The translations under genes were made by a program, and so were the position numbers. From Octopus sinensis (taxonomy: Eukaryota), in the NCBI RefSeq assembly GCF_006345805.1, contig NC_043006.1:16430001-16494000 (forward strand): a stretch of DNA of 64,000 nt, read 5' to 3'. This document shows positions 39,096-52,391 of this stretch, piece by piece. The first letter of the stretch is position 1. The number at the start of each line of letters is the position of its first letter. Below the pieces are notes generated by a model that was given only the letters and a program-made list of their open reading frames with translations, had not been told where the DNA came from and did no database searches.

Positions 39096-40299
39096 CATCA
39101 TCATATTTTTTCCTTCTTTCTTCCAATTTTCTTCCGTTTCTCGCCGAGTGTTTTCCATATACCTAGGGCAGAGAAGGGCATTGTATGCATTCCCAGATTA
39201 CACTCGCAAATTCACAGATAAAATATGTATTTAAAAATTAATAAATAAATAAATTCATGGATGGATGTTATTTTCACAGCGATAGTGCTCTTCTCAGTAC
39301 ATGAGCCGTATTATTATTATTATTATTATTTGTATTAATGTAAATAAAACATGCCACATCTCTCAATGATATCGCAGTGAGTCAAATAAAACCACAGCAA
39401 TCTAATAAAATATTTATTATGCAAAAATGTTCAAAGGCTTCCCAATGCATCAATAAATTATTTTTGCAGCCTTTCGTGTCCAATAGCTGCTGTATGGTAG
39501 AAAGTAGAATAGTGGATTTATAGCAGGAATCACAATTTTGGAAAGCAGAAATTTATTTCGACTCAACTTTAAAGCCAACTTTGTCAGAACTGATTTACTT
39601 CTCTGTTGTCCAACAAAATACAACTCGTTTCTGTTGAAAAGAATTAACCTTATTAATTTTAATTATCTCATACCTTTATTCTGAAAAGACATACAAAAGC
39701 TGACGTTACCATTTTGCTTTAGAACTTCATGCAAAAATACATTTAGCAGTAGTCATACCATCTGTTGATAGATTGAGGTACCTAGCTTGTTGAAATGTTA
39801 AAACAACTAATACAGACTTCTGCTAAGTTCAGAAAAGGTTACCAGATTGCTCTGAAATACTTTAGCTGAAGTTTTATGTTCTACCGCTAGTTATATATCA
39901 TTTGCTTTTACCATGTACAACTATTAGAATAATTTTATATATATTTTTTTCTTGTTGTAAAATGTGACATCATCAGAGTAAAAAGATAGGCAGTGAAATT
40001 GACAAAAATAAACTAATTCACTAAGTGCTCAAAAAATAAGTTTATGTTAGATAACTTTAGATAATGTTTAGGAATTACAGCCATTTAAACAAGGTAAGGC
40101 TGTGAATTTGGCAAAGATAATACATGTTAGATTCACAATGTATTTGAAAGATAAACTAACCTTAGATAACTTCAGATAATGTTTAGGAATTTAAATTTAA
40201 GTGGCATTTGCCAAGACTGGAAAACAAAAACAAAAAAAAAACAGTTACTAAACAGGATGCCAAGTGTATCAGTGAGTTTCTACATGTTCATAAGACTGG

Positions 40300-40590
40300 G
40301 TCAGAATAGCAATTGAGCCTTAACTACCATTTGTTTCGTAGTTTACAGATCATTCGGGGGGACATAGCTTTCGCAAGCCAGGAGGAGGTCGAAACTGACA
40401 TTTCAGAGTTCTTCGCTTTGAAACCAAAAGAGTTTTGCATTGGTGGGATTAAAATGCTTGTAAATAGATGGAAGGAAGTCAGAGATAATCAGGGAAAGTA
40501 CATTGATGATTAAATTTCAATTAAATACAACATTTGATCACTTGTTTTCTTTATTCAAAATTCAGACAGAACTTCTGGGATAACCTGATA
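40300..40590 (+). pseudogene. mariner transposase C-terminus plus right TIR
   Basis: YHLFRSLQ...FASQEEVETDISEFFALKPKEF..GIKMLVNRWKEVRDNQGKYIDD*; ends GGGATAACCTGA|TA, related to the TIR of the 23287 MITE. Confidence 0.9.
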
Positions 40591-41738
40591 GAAATAACAA
40601 TGGGGGTTACCCAACTAGATAAAAACAGCAACCAAATATCCCTCAAATCACACTCAATACTTGTCTTTAAAAAATGGTTGGGTTACAGCACAATGGATAA
40701 TGTAGTCCTAAATACCCTTAGTAAGATATAATCACTACCAAAACACCTTTCATCATAGGTTTGCTTGATTGAATTTAACCTGATCTAAATGACAACAGGA
40801 ACTACTAAAGGTATCCATCCAGGTAGAATAATATATGTTGTAAATAAATAAATAAAAATAGCTACCTTTGCTGTTGTTAAAAATTCAGCATGTTTGCATC
40901 TGTGAAACACAAACTGAAGTAGGAGATATTGATTTCAGGAACATAAATGAAGAAAAAGGCATGCTTTTAAAAACTAATGTTCAGTAACATGTGACCTGGA
41001 GTTTATTACATATTCTAGCAACTTTTCCTGTCACAGGAAATTTGCTGCTGTGTCATGCTACTCTCTTTAGTATGGGAGTGGAAAACAGTGCATCGTGTCA
41101 CACAATCACTGAAATAACCTTGATACTTTGAACATACTGTTTTATGGTCTTCACTGGGTAGTGGGGTAGCTTGATCCTTCATGTATGGCTACATGGCTAT
41201 CCTGCACTTTTGAGAACTTTGTTTGTTATTTTGTACAAAAAAAATTGTTTTATGTGTATATTCAACATTAAAATTTTTACTCTCATTTTCCTATGCTTCT
41301 ATGATTTGGATGGGACTTTTTGAGGTAGTATTTTTGTATGTCCTGATACCCTTCCTAATGTCAACCCCTTTAGCAACTTCTTATATGGGATACATGCAGT
41401 ACATCCTGATTCTGTGTAGCACATTGGGCAAGAGTCTTCTATAGACCTGTCCTGATCAGATCAGTATATGTGAAAAGAAACCGGTCGTGTGTGTGTATGT
41501 GTGTGCTTTCTTGTCCTGACATCACATGATAATGGGAAATTCCATCTGACCCATGTAAGCAGAGAATGCAGCTGTAAAAACTCTGATGATGATGATAATT
41601 AACTATTTTGTTCCTATATTTCTGTTGAAATATACTGCTTTTGGTTTCAGTTAATTTTAATAGTAATGATGAATTTAGTAAATAAACTTTGTCATTATTA
41701 AGCTAATGTCTGGAACATAAATCAGCATTAAATTATGA

Positions 41739-41969
41739 AGGCGGCGAGCTGGTAGAAACGTTAGCACGCCGGGCAAAATTCGTAGCAGTATTTCGTCTGT
41801 CGTTACGTTCCGAGTTCAAATTCCGCCGAGGTCGACTTTGCCTTTCATCCTTTCGGGGTTGATAAATTAAGTACCAGTTACGCACTGGGGTCGATGTAAT
41901 CGACTTAATCCCTTTGTCTGTCCTTGTTTGTCCCCTCTATGTTTAGCCCGTTGTGGGTAGTAAAGAAAT
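41739..41969 (+). mobile_element. SINE-B full-length, young
   Basis: CpG-rich; 14-bp TSD ATTAAATTATGAAG at 41727-41740 and 41974-41987. Confidence 0.9.
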
Positions 41970-42456
41970 TAATATTAAATTATGAAGCGGGGTTTTAATT
42001 TACATCATTGTAATATAGGAAATTTGTATTGTAAAACTAGAAATGGTTTTATGTGAGTTAGCATGAAAATGGTTATATTCAGTAATGTTTAGCCATAAAT
42101 ACTGTTGTTACCAAAATGTGAACATAAACTGAAAGACAGAAATATTCACATTACTGAATAATCCCAGATACACATTGCAAAGTAAGACCTAGTTGTGCTC
42201 CTGGTCCTTCCTCCTAAAACATTGAATCCCTTAGGATACGACCCTGGAGGAAGGGAGAGATCAAGGCGCATGTTTCTCCTGCAGTCACAGACTTGCAACT
42301 GTTGTAGAATATTAATCACAATGACCTCCCTGGTCTTGAAGCTCCTCCAATGACTATGAACATAGAACTATTGTTTCTCCAAACCATAAAAATTTCTGTA
42401 CTTTTCAAAGCAATTTCAAACCTTGTTATGAGTACAGCTATATCATTATTGCCCTA

Positions 42457-42833
42457 GTAGAGGCGCAATGGCCCAGTGGTTAGGGCAGCGGACTCGCGGT
42501 CGTAGGATCGCGGTTTCGATTCCCAGACCGGGCGTTGTGAGTGTTTATTGAGCGAAAACACCTAAAGCTCCACGAGGCTCCGGCAGGGGATGGTGGTGTA
42601 CTCTTTCACCACAACTTTCTCTCACTCTTACTTCCTGTTTCAGTTGTACCTGTATTTCAAAGGGCCGGCCTTGTCACTCTCTGTGTCACGCTGAATATCC
42701 CCGAGAACTACGTTAAGGGTGCACGTGTCTGTGGAGTGCTCAGCCACTTAAACGTTAATTTCAGGAGCAGGCTGTTCCGTTGATCGGATCAACCGGAACC
42801 CTCGTTGTGGTAACCAACGGAGTGCTTCCATCC
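42457..42833 (+). mobile_element. SINE-D copy with a long distinct tail
   Basis: A-box TGGCCCAGTGG, B-box GTTTCGATTCC, TCG at the anticodon-like position (Arg-like); 15-bp TSD ATCATTATTGCCCTA. Confidence 0.9.
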
Positions 42834-43221
42834 ATCATTATTGCCCTACAATTATTAATTAAATAAAAATGAATAAAAATCACACAGCCTCATTTTCTCA
42901 CTGCTATAAGTTGAAGGGACATGATCTGATGGCTAAAATGTTGCACTCACAATCATATCATGGTTTTGATTCTCAATCCAAGCGATGTATGTTGTTCTTG
43001 AGCAAAACTCTTCATTTCACATTGGTCCAGTTCACTCAACTGTAAAGGAGTTATGGCAATAACTAGAAAGTTAACCCTGTAATGCACCAGCAACCTGTTC
43101 GGCAGTGGAGTGTTGTCTGTCACACCTCATGGAAACTGAATTGAGTGTTAGGGCCCATGGCAGATTTAACCCCTTCGCATTCACAGTTTTTCTGTCAGAA
43201 GTATTGCTTATTTATTCTCAT

Positions 43222-43416
43222 TCATCATCATCATCGTTTAACGTCCGTTTTCCGTGCTAGCACGGGTTGGACGGTTCGACCGGGGTCTGGGAAGCCAGGA
43301 GGCTGCACCAGGCTCAAGTCTGATCTGACAGTGTTTCTAAAGCTGGATGCCCTTCCTAATGCCAACCACTCCGTGAGTGTAGCGGGTACTTTTTACGTGC
43401 CACCGGCACAGGTGCC
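43222..43416 (-). mobile_element. SINE-A copy
   Basis: Homology to other copies. Confidence 0.85.
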
Positions 43417-43717
43417 ATAATCATGCATTATGTTGTAGCTTTGAGATTCAGAAGAGGTAACTGTTAATTTTTAGAATAATATTGTAGGGTTGGTGTGAGA
43501 GGCCAGATCCGGTCAGTTTGATAATAAAACTGGTAGAATGTTTTGGCCGGATATGGCAGGTTTAAATGCTAAAGGGTTAAGCAAGTCTATAAATTTTAAG
43601 AATTGTTTCTCTGTAACATAAACTGTAGAGTAAAAGTTAGATGCTTTTCTGTAGTTGGTGGCATTTTTTCTGAGATCACATCTCTATTAACACATACATT
43701 ACACATGTACAAGATAT

Positions 43718-44108
43718 AGGCGCAGGTGTGGCTGTGTAGTAAGTAGCTTGCTTACCAACCACATGGCTCTGGGTTCAGTCCCACTGCATGGCACCTTGGG
43801 CAAGTGTCTTCTACTATAGCCTCAGGCCAACCAATGCCTTGTGAGTGGATTTGGTAGCCGGAAACTGATAGAAGCCTGTCATATATATTGTATATATGTG
43901 TGTGTGTGTTTGTCCCCCCATCCCCAACATCGCTTGAGAACCAATGCTGGTGTGTTTACGTCCCTGTAACTTAGCTGTTCGGCAAAAAGAGGCCGATAGT
44001 CTTTGTAAGCCTAGTATTTATTCTAAGTCCTGGGGTCAATTTGCTCGACTAAAGGTGGTGCTCCAGCATGGCCGCAGTCAAATGACTGAAAACAAGTAAA
44101 AGAGTAAG
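43718..44108 (+). mobile_element. SINE-C full-length
   Basis: Homology to other copies. Confidence 0.9.
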
Positions 44109-45654
44109 ATAACACAAATACACACATGTTCATGCACACATAGAGTGAGTCAGATTATTGTTATTGTTATTTAGCCCTAGGTGAGTCATGCAAGAGCTGA
44201 CCTATATCAAAAGCCATTCCCACTCTGGCAATCCCATTTTTATTCCCACCCACTTCCTTTCCTCTAGACATTATCCAATAAACGATCTCTTAAGATTGCA
44301 AGGTGCGATTTGAGGGAGATTTCACTGCTTTTTCTAGTGTTTCAGCTATACCCTCCATATCCACCTCTCAAACCCAGTATATATCTTAGGACTAAATTGA
44401 AATTAGTTCAGTTGACAGTGTGCTGTTCATACAGAAAAATGACCTCAACTTCAAAGCCTTTTGACTACTTGTACTGGTCTACTTGGCATCATTTAATAGC
44501 TGTAGTTGTCTGCCATACATTACCATTGGTTTTGTTTTTGTCTTTGATTTCTCTGCTTCTAGTGACATAAAAAAAAAATTCTGCTCATGAGCTTTCAATA
44601 TTGAAAATGCCTAAAGAAGAACAGCTTGGCAAATTAGATATTTAACATATCTGTCCAGCTATCTGTCTGTCTCATGCTTTTTGTCATCATCTTTCCTATA
44701 CTATACAATTCTGTAATTGTACTGTGCTCTGCTTCTACTTCTCAGGCGAATTAGTTACATAACTGCAACTCTCCTCTTTCTCTCTGATATTTGAAACAAT
44801 AAAATACTTTGACATTATATTCACACTGATCCCCCTCAGTTTGAGTGTCATGATTAAGACGAGGCATTTTAATTGTACAAGAATATGTGTACATTCGGAT
44901 ACCTGATATCATGCGTCTCCATGTATCTGTGTGTAGGTGAACAGTTGTGCAAGCATGCTTGCATATCTTGTGTGCATATGCATTTGAATATATGCATATG
45001 TATATCTTTGCATGTTTTGGTTTGTGTGTCTTTCACATTGCACTTTTGTTGTTAGCACTGGCAATTACTTTTCCACAGCAATGTTTTTAGAAATTCTATG
45101 GCATATTATTTGGTTTTGTCCTTTTAAAACCTCATGCTATTTTGAATACATTTATAAAAATTGTCACCAGCAAATGATATTTTATTTTCCTCATGGCCTC
45201 ATGGTCTCACACAGTACTTAACAATTCAAAAGTTGTTGGCTGATTTCAAAATGATTTTCTGTGTGCAACTTTAGGAGTTGTTTTGAGATCCATCTTAAAC
45301 TTAACTAAAGCTATATCTATTGTGGATGATTTCCTAGACAGAAGCATGATTAATTTACATATTATTTATCATTTCATTGATAATCACCTTTTGGTTCAAC
45401 AGATACAGCTTGGCACCTGTGACGACGCAACTAATTTCTACAGCTGAGTGAACTTGAGCAACATGAAATAAAGTGTCTTGCTCAAGAACACAACACGCAG
45501 CCTGGTCCAGGATTCGAAATTACAACTTCACGTTTGTAAGCTCAACACTCTAACCACTGAGCCATGTGCCTTCACGCTAGACAAACTACCTTGTATTTAA
45601 TTGTTAGGTTCAGAGTTCCATCTTACCAACAGTGATAAAAGAAAAGTACCAGTC

Positions 45655-46432
45655 AACTACTAGGGGTCGATGTAATCAACTATTTCCCTCCCACAAAAAT
45701 TTCAAGCCTTGTGCCTTTAGTAGAAAGGAGTAGTAGTAGGGCAGTGGGCTAGCAGAATCATTAGCATTTCGATCAAAATTCTTATCCTGTCTTTACATTC
45801 GAAGTTCAAATTCCGACGAAATCAGTTTTGCTTCCATCCTTTAGAGGGCGGGGGAGGAAATAGGTACCAATTGAGCACTGGGGGTGATTTAACCAACAAG
45901 CCCCCTCCCTTAAAATTTCAGGCCTTGTACTTATAGCAGAAAGGATTATTATTATTATTAATAGTGAAGGCAACAAGCTGGCAGAATTGTTAGAATGTCA
46001 GACAAAATACCTGGCGTTTCTTCTGACTCTTTATGTTCTGAGTTCAAATCCTGCCAAGGACTACTTTGCCTTTCCCCCCTTCCATGATTGATAAGATAGA
46101 TACCGACTGAATACTGGGGTTGATGTAGTGGACTAAACTCCTCCTGTTAAATTGCTGATCTTGTGCCAACCAAAATTTGACACTACTATGGTTATTATTA
46201 TTAGTAGTAGTAAAGCAGCCTGCTGGCAGAATCAGTAACACATCGGGTGAAATGCTTAGCGGCATTTCATCCATCCTTACGTTCTGGGTTCAAATTCTAC
46301 CAAGGTCAGCTTTGCTTTTCACCCTTTCAGGGTCAATGAAATAAGTACCAGTTACACACTGGGATCAATGCAATCAACTTATCCACTCCCCCAAAATTCC
46401 AGGCCTTGTGCCTATAGTAGAAAGGAGTAGTA
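45655..46432 (+). mobile_element. Head-to-tail pile-up of older SINE-B (alternative tail) copies
   Basis: Three to four successive units, each ending TAGAAAGGA(TTA/GTA)n or similar. Confidence 0.7.
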
Positions 46433-46659
46433 GTAGTTGTTGTTGTTGTTGTTGTTATTGTTTTTTAGCTCTAAGTTAGCTCTCATTGAGCATGACTGTG
46501 ATCAAAGACTTTTCAAGACAAATTATTTCATTGAAGCCTTTCATCAGGAACTGAAACTGAAATATAAAACACAGTTGTTATAAAATATGACATAAACAGA
46601 AGAAAAAACCCACGAATACATATGCATGTAAACATGAGGGCCTACACACATGCACACAG

Positions 46660-46943
46660 ATCATCATCATCATCATCATCATCGTTTAACGTCCGTTTTC
46701 CGCGCTAGCACAGGTTGGACGGTTTGACCGGAGTCTGGGAAGCCAGGGGCTGCTCCAGGCTCCAGTCTGATCTGGCAGAGTTTCTACGGCTGGATGCCCT
46801 TCCTAACGCCAACCACTCCGCGAGTGTAGTGGGTGCTTTTTACGTGCCACCTACACAGGTGCCAGGGGGGGGGGGCAGCATCGGTCACGATCGGTTTGAG
46901 CTTTTAACGTGCCAGCGGCACGGAAGCCAGCCAAGGCGGATGG
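46660..46943 (-). mobile_element. SINE-A copy
   Basis: Homology to other copies. Confidence 0.85.
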
Positions 46944-47730
46944 TTTTTTTGTTTTTTTATGCACACACACACACATATATGCCAGTATGGAAAACAGACA
47001 TTAAATGATAATGATATAGACATATATATATAAGAGAGAGAAATGCATACAGAATCATACAAAGGATACATACATAAATACATTAACATATAGATACATT
47101 TTTACATAGAAATATATATATATATATATACACGCACGCACACACACACACATAGAAAGTGCCTAAAAAATAAGGAATGAATTCTGTCAAAGTGGAAGGA
47201 AGTTGCAATAACTCAATTCCTGTTCTACTGAAGGAGAGCATCGTGTGTCAAGCTAGAAAGCAGGAAATACAATTTCAATATCATAACGCTATACTGCTTC
47301 TCAAATTATGTGCGATTGCATACAGTAATTGCAATACACGGTTTGAACTTTTTCTCAACCTCTCAATTGAATCTGAGGCAGGAATCTAGTTTGACATATA
47401 CCCCAGCAGTTGGTGATGATGACAGAAGCGATAACAGCCAGCGCTGGTGTTTGTGATCAAGGTAGTGGCGGTAGTAGTTGTAGTAGAGGTATTGATATTT
47501 ATGTTGGTTGTAGTGCGTAGTTTCGGTGATAGTAATAGTGGTGGCTGTGTGTGTGTGTGTGTATGTGTAAATGTATGTTATAAATTATGTAGATATAAAA
47601 TGTGAACTTTTGGCTATGGTATGGATAGTCTGTGTGCACATGTGTCTTCTGTACACACACACAGACACACACACACACACACACATAAATCCATATTAGA
47701 ATGCATATTATCTGTGACATTTTAGAAATA

Positions 47731-48565
47731 CCTTATGTATTTAATGTTCTCAAATACAACCATTTGCAATTTTACAGCTGCTATTTCATTTCTTCTGAGT
47801 ACTCAATCCAAATTATTCATGTGACCTCAGCCTTGGCAATGAGGCAAACCCTTCCATGCTATCACGAGACCTTAATTTTAGCAACCTAGCCAACCTTCTA
47901 ATCTCCCTTCTGCTGATCATAGTCTTATCAGTGAGCCCAACCAATTACTCTCTCTTTTACTCTTTTACTTGTTTCAGTCATTTGACTGCGGCCATGCTGG
48001 AGCACCGCCTTTAGTTGAGCAAATCGACCCCGGGACTTATTCTTTGTAAGCCCAGTACTTATTCTATCGGTCTCTTTTGCCGAACCGCTAAGTGACGGGG
48101 ACGTAAACACACCAGCATCGGTTGTCAAGCAATGCTAGGGGGGACAAACACAGACACATAAACACACACACGCATATATATATACATATATACGACAGGC
48201 TTCTTTCAGTTTCCGTCTACCAAATCCACTCACAAGGCATTGGTCGGCCCGGGGCTATAGCAGAAGACACTTGCCCAAGATGCCACGCAGTGGGACTGAA
48301 CCCAGAACCATGTGGTTGGTTAGCAAGCTACTTACCACACAGCCACTCCTGCGCCTTATGTATTTAATGTTTTCAAATACAACCATTTACAATTTTACAG
48401 CTGCTATTTCATTTCTTCTGAGTACTCAATCCAAATTATTCATATGACCTCAGCCTTGGCAATGAGGCAAACCCTTCCATGATATCACGAGACATTAATT
48501 TTAGCAACCTAGTTGCTAATCTCCCTTCTGCTGATCATAGTCTTATCAGTGAGCCCAACCAATTA
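47731..48565. repeat. ~215-bp direct repeats (47731-47947 / 48354-48565) flanking a SINE-C
   Basis: About 5 substitutions and one small complex change between the copies. Confidence 0.95.
47948..48353 (-). mobile_element. SINE-C full-length, young subfamily
   Basis: Close match to 48795 and 53513. Confidence 0.9.
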
Positions 48566-48794
48566 TTGACATCCCATAACTATGTGTGACCTAGAATGAA
48601 TGTTACAGTAAAGTTTTAAGGCCTTAATTCTCAACAACATTTACTGCAACAAACTAATGAGGAACTGTCTATACAGTCACTCAGTTTCCGAGAAATAACA
48701 GCTGTATCTCTCCCTTAAATAATAGTCTACCATTTAATAAAAAGGAAGGACACATTGGATAATGTATTCCCTGATATGTTAAAAAAAAAAAAAC

Positions 48795-49207
48795 AGGCGC
48801 AGGAGTGGCTGTGTGGTAAGTAGCTTGCTAACCAACCACATGGTTCCGGGTTCAGTCCCACTGTGTGGAATCTTGGGCAAGTGTCTTCTGCCAAAGCCCC
48901 GGGCCGACCAATGTCTTGTGAGTGGATTTGGTAGACGGAAACTGAAAGAAGCCTGTCGTGTATATGTATATATACATATATATGTGTGTGTGTTTGTGTG
49001 TCTGTGTTTGTCCCCCTAGCATTGCTTGATAACCGATGCTGGTATGTTTATGTCCCCGTCACTTAGTGGTTCGGCAAAAGAGACCGATAGAATAAGTACT
49101 GGGCTTACAAAGAATAAGTCCCGGGGTTGATTTGCTCGACTAAAGGCGGTGCTCCAGCATGGCCGCAGTCAAATGACTGAAACAAGTAAAAGAGAGTAAA
49201 AAGAGTA
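48795..49207 (+). mobile_element. SINE-C full-length, young subfamily
   Basis: Inverted relative to 47948. Confidence 0.9.
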
Positions 49208-49713
49208 GGATGTTCAGAGTTGAAACCAGGTCAAACAAGCACACAGAGGCCCTTCATGGGCATGAAAGAATTTTGTTTTGATAATTGGTAGATCATTCCA
49301 TTCCCAGATTGCAGGTACTGGCTATCAGGGATAGGTATACAATCGTCTTATAATGTTACCTGCAAAAGAAAATTTATTCTATTATTCATTTCATTCCATG
49401 GAACTTTGGAAATATTTGGATTTATACTTCTAGTTTTTTTATGATGATTAACATTTCTCCTTTTTTTTTTTTTTGCCACTTCTCCTTACATTACAGAAAA
49501 GTCAAGACAATTTCGTAGCTATTTTGGAAGATTTACATATTACTGATTCTTTAGTTGGCAAGCTGGAAGAACCAATTAGCATGCCAAGCAGAATACTTCA
49601 TGGTATTTCATCCGACTTTGTGTTCTTAGTTCAAACTCTGCCAAGGTTGACTTTGCCTTTCATCTTTTCAGGGGGTCATAAAATAAGTACCAGTTAAACA
49701 CTGGGGTCAATGA

Positions 49714-50000
49714 TCTTATATATTAAAGGCGAGTTGTCTGTCTGTCTGTGTGTGTGTTTTGTGAGCCACTTCTACTCCTACAATTTTCAACCAAATTTCA
49801 CCAAATTTGACATGTATGCTCTCTTTGGCTTAGGACACTTTTTTCTTATAAAAATTCATGATTAGAATTTTTCTTAGGGTGTGTAAAGAAGGAAAGAACC
49901 TTTATTAAAATTCTCAATCTCCAATTTGGATGAAATTCAAATCATAAATATTCCAGTTCATTAGAGAAAACAGTGTTTGTCAACCTTATCATTTCGGGTC
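49714..50000 (+). mobile_element. Helitron-like 5' end; right boundary uncertain
   Basis: A|TCTTATATATTAAAGG followed by (GTCT)n, the same architecture as the 5' ends at 13353 and 22733. Confidence 0.45.
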
Positions 50001-51112
50001 CCCTGTTTCGATTGGAGCTTCCAACTATATGAAAATTTCCTGACCCCACCCCGTCAGAAAACAGCTTCTAAGCAACTGGTTGTTTTAATGGCAGAAGAAA
50101 GAGGGAAATTCCATTAGAAAAAGTTTTAATTGATTTTCTCGCTAAGTATGGGGGTTAGGGAAAAACTACAAACCGCATTCCAATCTATGCACCTGTCTCC
50201 ACAAATTTCACACAAATCCCCCCAGCCACTTGGCTGTGAACCTCAAGACAAGAAAGAATACAAAAATAGCCCATGTCCAATTTATATTATAGATAATGTG
50301 TGAAATCAAGATGAGTCACTTTGTTGCTTTATAATCTTGGAATCTTTTGTTGGACTAAATATAGTGTAATCCTATGAATTCCAAAGATATGTTCTGCCAA
50401 AATCTAAGTGTTGTGGTAATTTAAATGCAATTCATAAAAATCTGTTTCAGTTCTTAAGATTACAATGCATTCACCGTAATTTCCATCTCTCCAAGATGTT
50501 TGGAATAGTAAGGCACATGTTGTTAAACAAAGAATACGTACATAAAAATATTCCCAAGGCTTATCTGTCTATTGACCGAAATGGTATTTGCTTTGCAATT
50601 AGCTTCCTTTTCTACTATTTTTTTTAAAATATGTTTGTTTAAAAAGCTCTGTATGCAATTGTGTGCCAACACCCTAACATATAATTTTGAGGAAATATCT
50701 CTGTAAATGATTTATATAAGCATTGTAAATGGCAGGTTTTATCTGCTGTATTAATATTATTTTTAAACAGTATAAAGTGTATCTCAGAAAATGAAAATAT
50801 GTTTGAGAAGGTGGGAGAGAGAGAGAGAGAGAGAGAGAGAGGCAGACAGTCAGTCAGTCAAACAGATCAGTGAAATCCAACTTTTTTTCTTTATATGTGA
50901 AACACGCAAGAAACTAATATTTAAAGGTGGTTTCTTTTTATTCTTTTACTGGTTTCAGTCATTAGACAGCTATGCTAGTGCACCACCTTCAATGCTTTTG
51001 TTGATCATATCAATCTTGTCGGGAGCTGTTGTAGCTTAATGGTTAGAGCACTCAGCCAGTATCTAAAGAGTATGGATTTGAGTCTTGTAGCCACCTTCTG
51101 GCAACTTTTTAT

Positions 51113-51436
51113 GTGGAGGCGCATGACTCAGTGGTTAGAGCGTCAGACTCGCAATCATGAGGACCTGGCTGTATATTGTCTTCTTGAGCAAGACCCTTTA
51201 TTTCATATTACCCTCGATCACTCAGCTGTAAAAATGGGTTGCAACATCACTGGTGCCAAGCTATATCTACCTTTGCTTTTGCCTTGGATAACATCGGTGA
51301 TGTGGAGAGAAGAGGCTGATATGCATGGGTGACTTCTGGTCTTACATAAAAAAACCTTACCCGGACTTGTATCTCAGAGGGAAACTTTCTAGGTGCAGTC
51401 CTATGGTCATTCATGACCAAAGGGAGTCTTTACCCC
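51113..51436 (+). mobile_element. SINE-D-related copy with a further tail type
   Basis: GTGGAGGCGCATG head, TTGAGCAAGAC middle, unique tail. Confidence 0.7.
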
Positions 51437-52352
51437 CTTGATCCTTTATCAATCTCCAATATTCAATTTAGCCTGATACTTAATTTTATCAATTTCTATT
51501 TATCAAAAAGGCTAAATTGCTATTTATGATATAAAGGGTTGCTTCAACACATCCATAAAATCACGTGTGCACAGTTGCACGTGATTATAGGTGCAGGTAT
51601 GGGTGTGTGGTCAAGAATTTTGCTTTGCAGCCATGATGTTTGGTGTTCAGTTTCAATGCATGGTACCTTAGGTAAGTGCCGTCTGCTATAATCACAGGGC
51701 TGACCACAGCCTTGTGAGTGAATTTAGCAGACAAGAACTGAAAAGAAAGATATCATTTGTGTATGCATGTGTGTGTGTGTGTGTCCTGTCTAGACATGAT
51801 TTCTTGCCCCATACAATCAGCTGGAAAGTGGTAACAACTTGAGAAGGGGGCCTTGTGATTCATTGGGTTTGCTTCTTGATTGAATAGGGATTTCTCTACA
51901 CAGTTATTGAGTCAGTAAAGCTCACACAGATCATCTCTTACCATTTTAGAAAAGACAGACACATTGCATAACATGGTCCCAAGGATAAAAAAAAAAACAG
52001 TGATTAAGGCTAAAGTAGTTTTGATCAGTTGCCTGTTTGATCAGGAGTAAATCTGGAGTTAAAGATCAGCTGCATCACCTGAAGCAGTTGAAGTTTGAAT
52101 CTGTAAATATTTGTGTCAGTTGACTAACACCTTAACCAATCAATCATTCTTTCTTTTGACATTGATTTTCTTTAATACAGTGGCTGTTGTTCCCCACAAC
52201 AAAAGTATGGAGATCAATACAGGATATAAGCTAAAAATATGTTGGTGCTATTGATGTTGTGTCAATCAATTAACACCTCCCATAAACTGTATAGATTTGG
52301 GTGCTCTTTTTTCCCCCCTAAGAAATCAGTATTGATTTCATAGAACTCAAAG

Positions 52353-52388
<36 letters not shown>

Positions 52389-52391
<3 letters not shown>

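Noticed and set aside
42459-42535. tRNA-like sequence with A and B boxes
   Set aside because: No acceptor stem or terminator; it is the head of a TSD-flanked SINE, not a tRNA gene.
46510-46555. Minus-strand CTGATGA...GAAA...GTC
   Set aside because: Stems I and II do not pair; at best a badly decayed remnant that cannot be supported.
49230-49340. Minus-strand peptide IWEWNDLP...AHEGP resembling a WD40 repeat
   Set aside because: In-frame stops just upstream and no convincing donor; could equally be a LINE remnant.
50451-50507. 57-bp AG/GT-bounded open frame FLRLQCIHRNFHLSKMFGI
   Set aside because: Weak polypyrimidine tract and no recognisable homology.
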